Both the position numbers and the translations under genes were made by a program. The notes beneath the pieces are model-generated. The model was not told the DNA's origin. It worked only from the letters and a program-made list of their open reading frames with translations, and ran no database searches. Positions 27,815 to 36,732 of a DNA stretch of 64,000 nt are shown here, in pieces (position 1 is the stretch's first letter; each line of letters begins with the position of its first letter). The stretch is taken from positions 55,854-119,853 of the forward strand of contig CAZSSB010000003.1 of the NCBI GenBank assembly GCA_964609245.1, given 5' to 3'. Source of the stretch: an uncultured Planctomycetales bacterium (GTDB taxonomy: Bacteria > 4484-113 > JAFGCY01).

Positions 27815-28859
27815 CTCGCAGTACTGTCTCCGCGCCGAACTTGCGCGGCTTGGTATAGCGGTCGATCAGCGGCGTCAGGCCGTTCATGATCAGGATCGCG
27901 AAGCTGACGCCCTCGGGGAACGATCCGAACAGGCGGATCAGCGCCGTGATCAGCCCGCAGCCGATGCCGAAGATGATCATGCCCTTGGCGCTGACCGGAC
28001 TGGTCACCATGTCTGTCGCCATGAAGAATGCGCCGAGGATCAGGCCGGCGCTGAGTACGTGCAGGATGGGATTGGCGTAGTAGTTGGGATTGACCAGCCA
28101 CATGATGCCGGTCAGCACGAACACGGTGACAACATACGTGACCGGCACGTGCCAGCTGATGTAGCCGCGCCAGAACAGCAGTCCCGCGCCGATCAGCAGC
28201 AGCAGCGCGCTGGTTTCGCCCAGACTGCCGCCGGTGTTGCCGATCAGCATCGACCACAGCGAGGTCCCGCTCTGGGCCATCCAGTCCAGGAACGCCTGCA
28301 GGCCATCGCTCTTGATCATGCCCAGCGGGGTGGCGCCGGTCACCGCGTCGAGATTGTCCGCGGCGAGGCTGGGCAGGTCCATGAACTGCGCACCGCTTCT
28401 CGGGTAAAGCCACGTGGTCATCTCCGCCGGGAACGCCAGGAGCAGGAACACCCGAGCTACCAGCGCCGGGTTGAAGATGTTCTGGCCCAGCCCGCCGAAC
28501 AGGTGCTTGCCGAGCAGCATCGCCACCAGCGCGCCGATCAGAACCAGCCACCACGGCGATGTGGCCGGCAGGTTCAGCGCCAGCAGCACTCCGGTCACCA
28601 CCGCGCTGCCGTCCAGCGACATGCTCATCGCCTTGCGGGCATCGATGCGCAGCCTGAGTAGTACGTATTCGAAGACCACGCAGCCGATCGTCGCGCCGAC
28701 GATCACCAGCAGCGCCCGCAGCCCGAAGAACCAGCAGGCGGCCAGCATCGCGGGCGCCAGCGACAGCACCACCGTCCACATTACGTGCGGCACCTGCTCG
28801 CTGCCCAGCGCGTGCGGGCTCGACCTCAGTACCGCCGATTCAACCTTCACGTCAGCCAA
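27798..28859 (-). CDS. rnfD: Rnf electron transport complex subunit D
   Basis: SSPH, DGSAVVTGVLLA, FGGLGQNIFNPALVAR, DAVTGATPL FMN site, GSLGETS, FFMATD. Confidence 0.96.
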   Translation of the reverse strand: MADVKVESAVLRSSPHALGSEQVPHVMWTVVLSLAPAMLAACWFFGLRALLVIVGATIGCVVFEYVLLRLRIDARKAMSMSLDGSAVVTGVLLALNLPATSPWWLVLIGALVAMLLGKHLFGGLGQNIFNPALVARVFLLLAFPAEMTTWLYPRSGAQFMDLPSLAADNLDAVTGATPLGMIKSDGLQAFLDWMAQSGTSLWSMLIGNTGGSLGETSALLLLIGAGLLFWRGYISWHVPVTYVVTVFVLTGIMWLVNPNYYANPILHVLSAGLILGAFFMATDMVTSPVSAKGMIIFGIGCGLITALIRLFGSFPEGVSFAILIMNGLTPLIDRYTKPRKFGAETVLRGEASA

Positions 28860-28868
28860 TACAACCCC

Positions 28869-30242
28869 CTAACTCTTCGCCGCCTCGGCTTCCTGTTGTT
28901 TCTGCTTCGCCTGCGCGCGCCGGCGCATCCGGTTCAGTTCCCACTTCGCCAGCCTGATCCAGTGAACCAGGCGGCGGTTGCTGGGGCAGATGTAGGCGCA
29001 GGTGCCGCATTCGATGCAGTCCAGCGCGTCGGTGGCTTCCTCGAAGCGGCCACGCATCGCCAGGCCCATCAGCTCCGTCGGCACGAGACCCATCGGGCAG
29101 CCGGCCACGCAGCGCCCGCAGCGGATACAGGGATCTTCCTCGGGCAGCCGGACTTCATCCGGCGCGAGGAACAGGATGCCGCTGGTGGCCTTGGTGGTCG
29201 GCTCCGTGATGTCGCTGGTGGCACGGCCCATCATCGGCCCGCCCATCACCACCTCGGCGACGTCACCCTTCAGCCCGCCGCAGAAGTCGAGCAGCGTTTT
29301 GACGCTGGTGCCCATCGGCACCAGCACGTTCTGCGGACGGGCCACCGCGTGGCCCGAGACGGTCACCAGCCGCCGCATCAGCGGACGGTCGTACTGCAGC
29401 GCCTCGTATACGGCCGCGGCGGTCGCGACGTTCTGCACCACGACGCCGACGCTGAAGGGCAGCTTGCCCGGCGGGACGCGGCGGCCGACCGCGGCTTCGA
29501 TCAACTGCTTCTCCGAGCCCTGTGGATAGCGCGTTCTGCAGCGCAGGATCTCGATGCCGGGCAGTCCCTCGGCGGCCGCGCTCATCACCGCGAACGACTG
29601 CGGCTTGTTGTCCTCGATCCCGATGTAAGCGCGCTCGATGCCGGCCGACTTCATCAGCGCCCGCGTACCCTCCAGCACCTGCACGGGATGATTGCGCATC
29701 AGGCAGTCGTCGGCGGTCAGGTAGGGTTCGCACTCCGCGCCGTTGATGATCAGCACGTCGAGAGTGACGCCCGGCGGCGGGCTGAGCTTGACGTGCGTCG
29801 GAAACGCCGCGCCGCCCATGCCCACCAGTCCGGCATCCTTGATCTTGTCGATGATCTGTTTGGCCTCAAGGCCAGCCAGATCGAGCGGCGGCGGGTTGTG
29901 CTCATAGCCGACCACCGGCTCGGCGTCGTCGGCGGGCTTGATCACCACCGACGGGCTGTTGACCGGTCCGATGTGGACCTTGTCCTGCGAGCGCACCACG
30001 CCCTTGAGGGGCGTATGGATGTTGGCGGAGACGAACCCGCCGGCCTCGGCGATCAGCTGGCCGGCCTTCACCTCATCGCGGTTCTTGACCACCGCCTTGG
30101 CCGGGGCGCCGAGGTGCTGACTCAGTGCGATCACCAGCTGCTCGGGATTGGGCAGGACGCTGTAGGTACTGGGATCACACAGCTCCTTGTGCTCCGGCGG
30201 ATGCGTGCCGCCGCGTCTGAAGGTCGCTCCCCTGCCACTCAT
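28869..30242 (-). CDS. rnfC: Rnf electron transport complex subunit C
   Basis: GLVGMGGAAFPTHVKL, NGAECEPYLTAD, YPQGSEKQLI, CIRCGRCVAGCP, CIECGTCAYICP. Start ATG 30242 or GTG 30245. Confidence 0.96.
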   Translation of the reverse strand: MSGRGATFRRGGTHPPEHKELCDPSTYSVLPNPEQLVIALSQHLGAPAKAVVKNRDEVKAGQLIAEAGGFVSANIHTPLKGVVRSQDKVHIGPVNSPSVVIKPADDAEPVVGYEHNPPPLDLAGLEAKQIIDKIKDAGLVGMGGAAFPTHVKLSPPPGVTLDVLIINGAECEPYLTADDCLMRNHPVQVLEGTRALMKSAGIERAYIGIEDNKPQSFAVMSAAAEGLPGIEILRCRTRYPQGSEKQLIEAAVGRRVPPGKLPFSVGVVVQNVATAAAVYEALQYDRPLMRRLVTVSGHAVARPQNVLVPMGTSVKTLLDFCGGLKGDVAEVVMGGPMMGRATSDITEPTTKATSGILFLAPDEVRLPEEDPCIRCGRCVAGCPMGLVPTELMGLAMRGRFEEATDALDCIECGTCAYICPSNRRLVHWIRLAKWELNRMRRRAQAKQKQQEAEAAKS

Positions 30243-31543
30243 CACTGCGCCTCCTCACCGGTCTGGCTACCGGCGATCTCCGCCGGATCGTGTTCGGCCG
30301 CCTTTGACGCCGGGTCGAGCGCGGCCAGTTTGGCCTTGAATCCCGCCTCGATCTTGGGCAGCCGCTTGGCGTATTCCGGATCATTCTCGGCCTTGGCCCG
30401 GGCATCGTCCAATGCCTGCTGGATCTTCTGCCGCTTGGCCTCCAGCTCCGGATCGACCGCCGGTGCCGCGCCCGGCGGCGGACCAAGCTCCTCCAGTTTC
30501 TTAAGGAAGCCCGCTTCGATCTTGGGTAGTTTCTTGGCGTACTCGGGATCGGCGGCCGCCTTGGCGCGGGCGTCGTCCAGTCCCTGCTGGAACTTGGCGC
30601 GCTTGGCGGCGGTCTCGGGGTCTTCACCGCCGGCCGCCAACTCCGCCTGCCGCTGCTTCTCGGCCTCGGCCTTCTCGCGGGCGCGCTCCGTCCACAGCGC
30701 CTCGGCGATGGTGTCGAAGCCCTGCTTCAGGTCCTCCTCGGTGACCATGAACTCCGCCAGATCACGGACCTTGATGAGGTGGCGCGGGCAGGCCACCACG
30801 CACTCGTAGCACTGCGTGCACTTCTCGTAGTTGATTTCCGCCAGGTTGTCATTGAACCAGATCGCGTCGCTGGGGCAGACCTTGACGCATTTCTGGCAGC
30901 CGATGCAGCCGATCTCGCAGACCTTGCTGACCACCTTGCCGCTGTCCAGGCTCTTGCAGGGGATGAACACCTGCCGCCCCTTGGGGATCATCACGATCAG
31001 CTCGCGCGGGCAGGCCTCCACGCACTTGCCGCAGGCCACGCAGTTCTCGGGGATGATCCGCGCGACGTGGTTGTAGATCTCGATCGCGTCGAACGCGCAG
31101 GCTTCGACACAGGTTCCCATCCCGATGCAGCCGTAGGAGCAGACGCGGTCGACCTGGCCCACCAGATGGGCGGCCCGGCAGTCGTTGATGCCTTGATACA
31201 GGCCGTTGAAGCTGGCGCTGCTCTGCAGGCCCTCGCACATCACGTGCGCGACAACCGGTTCCGCATCCGCCAGCTGTTTTCCCAGCAGCCGCGCGATCTC
31301 GGCCATCGCGTCCTGGCTGCAGACCGGACAGGTGCCGTCCTCGCCGGCTACCAGGGCCTCGGCGAAGGCCTTGCAGCCCGCCTTGCCACAGCCACCGCAG
31401 TTGGCGCCGGGCAATAGCTCCTCGACCTGACCGATGCGCGGGTCCTCGTAGACGTAGAACTTCTTGGCCGCCAGGAGCAGTGCCAGAGAAAGGAGCAGCC
31501 CCAGGCCGCCCATCACGCCCGCCGGTATCAATACTTCGATCAT
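30242..31543 (-). CDS. rnfB: Rnf electron transport complex subunit B with a duplicated helical C-terminal extension
   Basis: ATG 31543 (MIEVLIP); LPGANCGGCG, CSYGCIGMGTCVEAC, multiple CxxCxxCxxxCP; ~150 aa charged tail. Confidence 0.94.
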   Translation of the reverse strand: MIEVLIPAGVMGGLGLLLSLALLLAAKKFYVYEDPRIGQVEELLPGANCGGCGKAGCKAFAEALVAGEDGTCPVCSQDAMAEIARLLGKQLADAEPVVAHVMCEGLQSSASFNGLYQGINDCRAAHLVGQVDRVCSYGCIGMGTCVEACAFDAIEIYNHVARIIPENCVACGKCVEACPRELIVMIPKGRQVFIPCKSLDSGKVVSKVCEIGCIGCQKCVKVCPSDAIWFNDNLAEINYEKCTQCYECVVACPRHLIKVRDLAEFMVTEEDLKQGFDTIAEALWTERAREKAEAEKQRQAELAAGGEDPETAAKRAKFQQGLDDARAKAAADPEYAKKLPKIEAGFLKKLEELGPPPGAAPAVDPELEAKRQKIQQALDDARAKAENDPEYAKRLPKIEAGFKAKLAALDPASKAAEHDPAEIAGSQTGEEAQ

Positions 31544-31547
31544 AAGC

Positions 31548-32057
31548 TCACTCGATCTTGTCCAGATGTATCTCGAGTCCACCGTCCCTGGATGCCACCT
31601 TGTACAGGTGCACGAACGCCAGGCTGATTCCGATCCCCGCCGCGACGCCGATCAGGCTGCCGATGTTGCCGTCGATGCCCAGAAAGGCCTCGGCCACCGC
31701 GAAGCCGGCGAACGAACCCACCAGCACCAGGAGCGCCGGGATCAGGTAGAGCACAAATGACGCTCTTACCACCGCCGCCGCGAAGGTGGTGATCCGTACC
31801 CGGTCCCCGACGCTGAACCCGCTCGCTTGCACTTCCAGCTGCCGGCCACCGAGTTCCGCTACGTGGCAGGACTGCCGTGTCTGACAGGCGTCACAGGCGG
31901 TCGGAGTGGCGACCTCGACCACCACCACCGATTCCCGAACTGCCACAACGCGTCCCTCGCAGGAGGACTGGGCACGCTCGGCGCCCGCGCCGTCTGGCGC
32001 CTGGTCATCCGGATTCCGTCTGCTCATGGCTGCTCGGTCCAGTTCCATGCGCCTCAT
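31548..32057 (-). CDS. rseC: SoxR reducing system RseC family protein
   Basis: EGRVVAV, CDACQTRQSC, VGDRVRI, SFVLYLIP plus 2 TM; first gene of the rnf operon. Confidence 0.85.
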   Translation of the reverse strand: MRRMELDRAAMSRRNPDDQAPDGAGAERAQSSCEGRVVAVRESVVVVEVATPTACDACQTRQSCHVAELGGRQLEVQASGFSVGDRVRITTFAAAVVRASFVLYLIPALLVLVGSFAGFAVAEAFLGIDGNIGSLIGVAAGIGISLAFVHLYKVASRDGGLEIHLDKIE

Positions 32058-32216
32058 GTTGTCTCAGCGCACCGGCAGCGCGCACCGCAGGGACTGATCA
32101 GCTGAGACGGGAACCGGCGCCAGTAGAATACCACCACCCGCGCCGCCGTTCAAGGTATGTGCATATCCGAATGCGATCCGCGCTGGGCAGGCTTTGTCGC
32201 CGCTGGCGAGGACACG

Positions 32217-32672
32217 CTAAGGCGTTTGCCGACGGCTGTCGAGGAAGGTCTGCAGGATGGCGGCGGCGGCCTGAGCGTCCACGGCTGCCCGCGGGCGTTT
32301 GCCGCCCCTGTGGGCTTCGCGGTCCCGGGCCAGCGCCTCGGCTGTCGTGAAGCGTTCATCGACGAAATGCAGTTCGCAGCCGAGTTCAGCGGCGAGCGTG
32401 GTGCCCAGCTCGCGGGCGCGGACGGCGGCCTCGCCTTCGCCGCCGTGCTGGTCCAGTGGCAGGCCGACCACCAGGCCGGCCAGCTGGCGCTGGCCCAGCG
32501 CTGCCCGGAGGCGGGTGGCAAGTGTGTGACGCGGTTCGGTGGGTAGTACAGATAAAGGCAGGGCCAGCGTGGCGCTGGTATCGGCGACGGCCAGTCCGCA
32601 ACGCACAATGCCGGGATCAAGACCGAGCCATTGAGTGTCTATCTCACTGGTGGGTGGTTTCAGGTTGCACAT
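32217..32672 (-). CDS. ruvX: Holliday junction resolvase-like / pre-16S rRNA nuclease RuvX (YqgF)
   Basis: WLGLDPGIVRCGLAVAD, LVVGLPL, FVDERFTT, VDAQAAAAILQTFLD. Confidence 0.92.
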   Translation of the reverse strand: MCNLKPPTSEIDTQWLGLDPGIVRCGLAVADTSATLALPLSVLPTEPRHTLATRLRAALGQRQLAGLVVGLPLDQHGGEGEAAVRARELGTTLAAELGCELHFVDERFTTAEALARDREAHRGGKRPRAAVDAQAAAAILQTFLDSRRQTP

Positions 32673-32727
32673 CGGTATGCTGGAGGATAATATTACACCG
32701 GTGGCCCCGAACCTTAGCGAGGTGGCA

Positions 32728-34719
32728 GTGGCAGCGAGGCTAATCAGTGCATGGCTGTTGGTGACGGCGCTGCTGGCTGCTGGCTGCGGTGGTGGCGGGG
32801 GGCACGTCGACCTCGCTGCCGATGGCCTTGGTGACGCTCTTCCCAGTGTTGATGAGCTTACGCGCGGCACTTCGGGGCTGATGCACGTCAGCGGTGAGGA
32901 CTACGTCCGCCAGCACGGGGGCCAGGTGGAGAACACCGACCTGGTCCTGACCTACGTGCCGCCCGAACTGGTCGGTGGGGGCCCGACCGGACCGGGGCCG
33001 GAGACGCACCTGGCTTATGCGGTCTACGCAATCGACGGCGCCGCCGAACAGCCGCTGACCCTGGAAGTCAAGGTTGGTTACGACAACGAGGCTGTGTACT
33101 GGCTGGGCTTCGCGGACTGGCAGGGCCGGACGTGGAACTTCTCAGATGGCTATCATTACGGCTCCGTGCTGACGGGGATCGAGGATTTGCCTGGCGGCGC
33201 CGAGCGGTTTGTATCGCCCGAGGGCCGGGTCGCCCTGGCGGTGGTGCTGCTGGATGAGAACGTTCCCCTCAGGATTCACTTCGTCGAAGTCACCACAGCC
33301 ACCGAGGTCCAGGACCTGACGGCCAGCACGGACCGCTGGGACGGTGTTCATCTGACCTGGGAAGGCGACGACAACGCCGACGGCTACCACCTGTACCGGC
33401 GCCCGACGATCATTCCGGATGATGCCTGGGAGCAGGTGACCGATGATCCGATCAGTGGGTTCGCCGAGGAGTACCTGGACACCACCGCCCTGGGGGGGCT
33501 CGAGTACGAGTACCGGCTTTCGGTCGGTTTCTGGCGACTGGTGCAGGGCCTGCCGCGCTGGTTCTGGAGCGAGGGGACAACGACGATCGGCAAGCGCCAC
33601 CTGTCTCATCTGAACGTCGATCTCACGGCCTACTGGCCGGCAAACATGTACAAGTACCTGGCTTTCTTCCAGACGCCCACCGCTGCGCCGCAGACGATCA
33701 GCGCGCAGCAGACCACCAGCTATCCGCCGGGCGACGGGTGGATCGCCTACAGCGAGGCGACCGAGGGCTTTGGCGGTATCGAACTGGGTTCGCTCGAGCA
33801 GTTCGGCAGCCCGTTCACGCTCTACCAGGAAGAGGATCTCGACAACCAGACTCTGTGCATGCTGTACAGCAACAGCGCGGGTCTGTTCAGCCATGTGGCG
33901 ACGATCACGCCCGAGGGCGAAGCGGCCTGGGAGACACCGGTCACCGTCCGTGAGGCCGGCCCGCACCTGCTGGGCGTCATCCGCATGCCGCGCCGGATCG
34001 GTGCCGTCACCTGGAATCAGACTCTCGGCCGCATCGAACTGGTCGACAGCATCGACATGATGGGGCGCGACTGGTATCCGTTCGATCCCGACGGCATCGC
34101 CTGGCACGTGGTGGGTGAACGGGTCCCGGATGGCAATCTGGATCTGCGCTACTTCGGTGGTGGCGAGCGGATCACCTATCGCGAGCGCGACACCGGTGAG
34201 ATTGTCTGCTACGAACGTGAAGGAACGTGGAAGGACATCTCCCCGGGCATCGTCTGCGGACCGGGTCCGACCAGCCGGGTCGTTATCAACGGCTTCGGTC
34301 TGCCCGGCTACGCCATCATCTACCTGACGCCGGACGGCAAGCGGATCAAGATGCTGCGTCAGAACAACACCGGAGACTGGCTGACCTTCGAGATCGTGGA
34401 CCTGGTGATCGCCAAGGGGGAGTCGACGATCAGCGAGTTCGCATTGCTGACCAGCGATGAAGTGTCCTGGCAGAACTACCTGGCCTACGTGCTGGACGGC
34501 GAGCTCTACGTGCGCTACACGGAGTACGCCTCCTTCGCCAGTTTCGACAATCCGGCGCTGGTGGACGATGCCCCCGGGATACATGATCTTCGGGTCATCA
34601 GGCTCGGCTCAGGTGAGAACTGGACCAGTCTGAAGTTCGTCACCTACCTCAGCGACGGACCGGGTGGCCAGCAGCGCCTCAACTTCCGGGACATGGACAT
34701 CGCCCGCCTGCCGCAGTAG
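32728..34719 (+). CDS. Surface lipoprotein with FN3-like domain
   Basis: GAGGTG RBS; lipobox LAAGC; VQDLTASTDRWDGVHLTWEG...GYHLYRR...LEYEYRLS FN3 pattern; beta-rich C-terminus. Confidence 0.75.
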   Translation: MAARLISAWLLVTALLAAGCGGGGGHVDLAADGLGDALPSVDELTRGTSGLMHVSGEDYVRQHGGQVENTDLVLTYVPPELVGGGPTGPGPETHLAYAVYAIDGAAEQPLTLEVKVGYDNEAVYWLGFADWQGRTWNFSDGYHYGSVLTGIEDLPGGAERFVSPEGRVALAVVLLDENVPLRIHFVEVTTATEVQDLTASTDRWDGVHLTWEGDDNADGYHLYRRPTIIPDDAWEQVTDDPISGFAEEYLDTTALGGLEYEYRLSVGFWRLVQGLPRWFWSEGTTTIGKRHLSHLNVDLTAYWPANMYKYLAFFQTPTAAPQTISAQQTTSYPPGDGWIAYSEATEGFGGIELGSLEQFGSPFTLYQEEDLDNQTLCMLYSNSAGLFSHVATITPEGEAAWETPVTVREAGPHLLGVIRMPRRIGAVTWNQTLGRIELVDSIDMMGRDWYPFDPDGIAWHVVGERVPDGNLDLRYFGGGERITYRERDTGEIVCYEREGTWKDISPGIVCGPGPTSRVVINGFGLPGYAIIYLTPDGKRIKMLRQNNTGDWLTFEIVDLVIAKGESTISEFALLTSDEVSWQNYLAYVLDGELYVRYTEYASFASFDNPALVDDAPGIHDLRVIRLGSGENWTSLKFVTYLSDGPGGQQRLNFRDMDIARLPQ

Positions 34720-34761
34720 TGTCGCCGGCAGCGGGTTTTCACGATCTGCCGATCCGCTTTC

Positions 34762-35844
34762 TCACACGTGAACCGTGAAGCGTTCGCCCTTGCGCAGGTC
34801 GAGGCAAAATGCGCTCAGCAGCCGCGCGATCTTCTCAAGATCCTTGAGATCGACGGTCTCGACCGGGCTGTGCATATAGCGCTGGGCCAGGCTGACCACC
34901 GCCGTGGGGATGCCGGCGCGCGTGCGGAAGATGCTGTCGCCGTCGGTGCCCGTCCAGCCGGGCGCGGCCTCGTGCTGCAGATTGATCCTGAGGCGCCGCG
35001 CCAGCCTGGTCAGGCGCTCGACCACCACCGGGTGGCAGGCGCTGCCGTGGGCCAGCACCGGGCCCTGGCCGATCTTGTGCTCGCCCCACTTCTTCTTGTC
35101 GCTGTGGGGATGGTCCACGCTCTGGGTAACGTCGACGGCCAGCGCCACGTGCGGATCGATGCGGAAGGAGCCCATGCGGGCTCCGTGGCCGCCGATCTCC
35201 TCCTGGACGGTGGCCAGCGCCACCACCTTGGCCTTGAGCTTGTCGCGTTTGGCCGCGCAGCGGCGCAGACCCTCGGCGGCGGCCCAGATGCCGATCTTGT
35301 TGTCCAGGCCGCGGCTGGCCAGCAGCTCGTTCTGCAACTCCAGCGGTCCGTAGTCGAGGATCATCGGATCGCCGACGCGCACGTGCTGCTCGGCTTCCTT
35401 CTTGTTCCTGGCGCCGATATCAACATAGATGTGCTCGCCGAACTTATAGCGCGCGATCTCGGTGCCGCCCGTCGCCGGATGCTGCAGGTGCGGGGGCTGC
35501 GCGCCGATCACGCCCGCAAGCGGCCCGTCCTTGGTGAAGATCTTGACACGCATGCTGGGCAGGATCTTGGCGTCGTAGCCACCCAGGCTGGCGACCCACA
35601 GGAAGCCCTCGTCGTCGATGTAGGTCACCATCAATCCGATCTCGTCGGCGTGGCCGGTCAGCAGAGCCGTGGGATCGCCGTCCGGGTTGAGTACGGCGAA
35701 GCCGTTGCCGTAGCTGTCGGTGAAAACCTCGTCGGCATATGGCTTCAGGTAGTCGCACCAGGCCTTGACCGCCGGGCCCTCAAAGCCGGTCGGCGCGGGG
35801 CGCTCGATCAGGTCGAGCAGGAACTGCTTGGCGTCCTTGTCCAT
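34762..35844 (-). CDS. M42 family metallopeptidase (TET/Frv type)
   Basis: GHADEIG, SRGLDNKIG, TVQEEIG, AVDVT, GTDGD, RYMHSPVE. Confidence 0.93.
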   Translation of the reverse strand: MDKDAKQFLLDLIERPAPTGFEGPAVKAWCDYLKPYADEVFTDSYGNGFAVLNPDGDPTALLTGHADEIGLMVTYIDDEGFLWVASLGGYDAKILPSMRVKIFTKDGPLAGVIGAQPPHLQHPATGGTEIARYKFGEHIYVDIGARNKKEAEQHVRVGDPMILDYGPLELQNELLASRGLDNKIGIWAAAEGLRRCAAKRDKLKAKVVALATVQEEIGGHGARMGSFRIDPHVALAVDVTQSVDHPHSDKKKWGEHKIGQGPVLAHGSACHPVVVERLTRLARRLRINLQHEAAPGWTGTDGDSIFRTRAGIPTAVVSLAQRYMHSPVETVDLKDLEKIARLLSAFCLDLRKGERFTVHV

Positions 35845-35850
35845 GGCGGG

Positions 35851-36690
35851 CTATTGTAGCGCCTGCGGGGCATGTCCGGGCTTGTCTGCAACGGCCTCGC
35901 CAAACTCCGCCGGCGGTCGCCTGCCGGCGTGCCACAGCACTGCGCCGGCTGCCGCCATCAGCACGATCACCACGACGCGGTAGGCATCGGGTTTCTCCGG
36001 AGCGGTGTTGGCGACGAACCAGAGCAGGAAGATGCACACGACGTACATGGTGCAGGTGCCCATGTGCCACATGAAGCCCTCTTTGCGGCGCAGCAGCACC
36101 AGCCACTGGACGAGCATCGCCAGCAGCACTGCCAGTGCCAGCCAGGAGCCCAGGACGGGTCCGTAGTACGTCCAGTTGCGGCTGATCAGGAAGTAGGTCC
36201 CCGGCAGCAGGTGCGGAACGAGGTTCAGCACCTCAAAGGCCGCGAGCGGGAGGATCAGCAGCCCCAGCGTCCAGCCCAGGGACTGCCGGATGACGTTCGA
36301 GCGTACGGCGGCATAGATGGCTGAGGGCGGGTAGGCGACGAGCAACTCAGGTGGCACCGTCAGGTGCAGCGAATGGTGGATCGCGGCGGCGGCGGCGCCA
36401 AAGACCGCCAGCAGGGCGCTGAACGGCTGCGAGATGAGCGCGGGCTCGAGGAAGCCTCCGGGCGAGCCGTACCACGGCCGGGGTGGCCCGCCTCAACCCC
36501 CGCCGGGGCAGCCGATGCCGAAGGCGCTGAGCACGTTCCAGCCGGTGGCGACGGCCAGCAGCAGCACCGGCAGCCAGACCGCGGCGATCAGCAGCAGCGC
36601 CGGCCAGCGGTAGCGCCGCCACCAGTCGTGCTGCCTGGCCGCCAGCTGGCGCCGCAGTGGCGCAAGCCCGCTGTCAGCCCGCCGTCGCAC
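35851..36690 (-). CDS. Multi-pass membrane protein with an in-frame TGA at 36495-36493 (candidate selenocysteine, residue 66 of 279)
   Basis: Track ORFs 36493..36690 and 35851..36357 are in the same frame (333 nt apart). Reading through gives ...FGIGCPGGG*GGPPRPWYGSPGGFLEPALISQPFSALLAVFGAAAAAIHHSLHLTVPPELL... with no other stop. TACAAT lies 7 nt before GTG 36690. Confidence 0.75.
36459..36490 (-). promoter_or_regulatory. SECIS-like hairpin directly 3' of the in-frame UGA
   Basis: mRNA: UGA GG CGGGC CACCCC G GCCGU GGU ACGGC U C GCCCG; lower stem CGGGC/GCCCG, upper stem GCCGU/ACGGC, loop GGU 19 nt after UGA. Confidence 0.6.
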
Positions 36691-36732
36691 AGTTGGGATT
36701 GTACCCCCATCTCAGGAGCCGCCGCGCCACTG

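Noticed and set aside
32157-32546. + strand 129-aa ORF MCISECDPRW...
   Set aside because: Antisense to ruvX, with no independent support.
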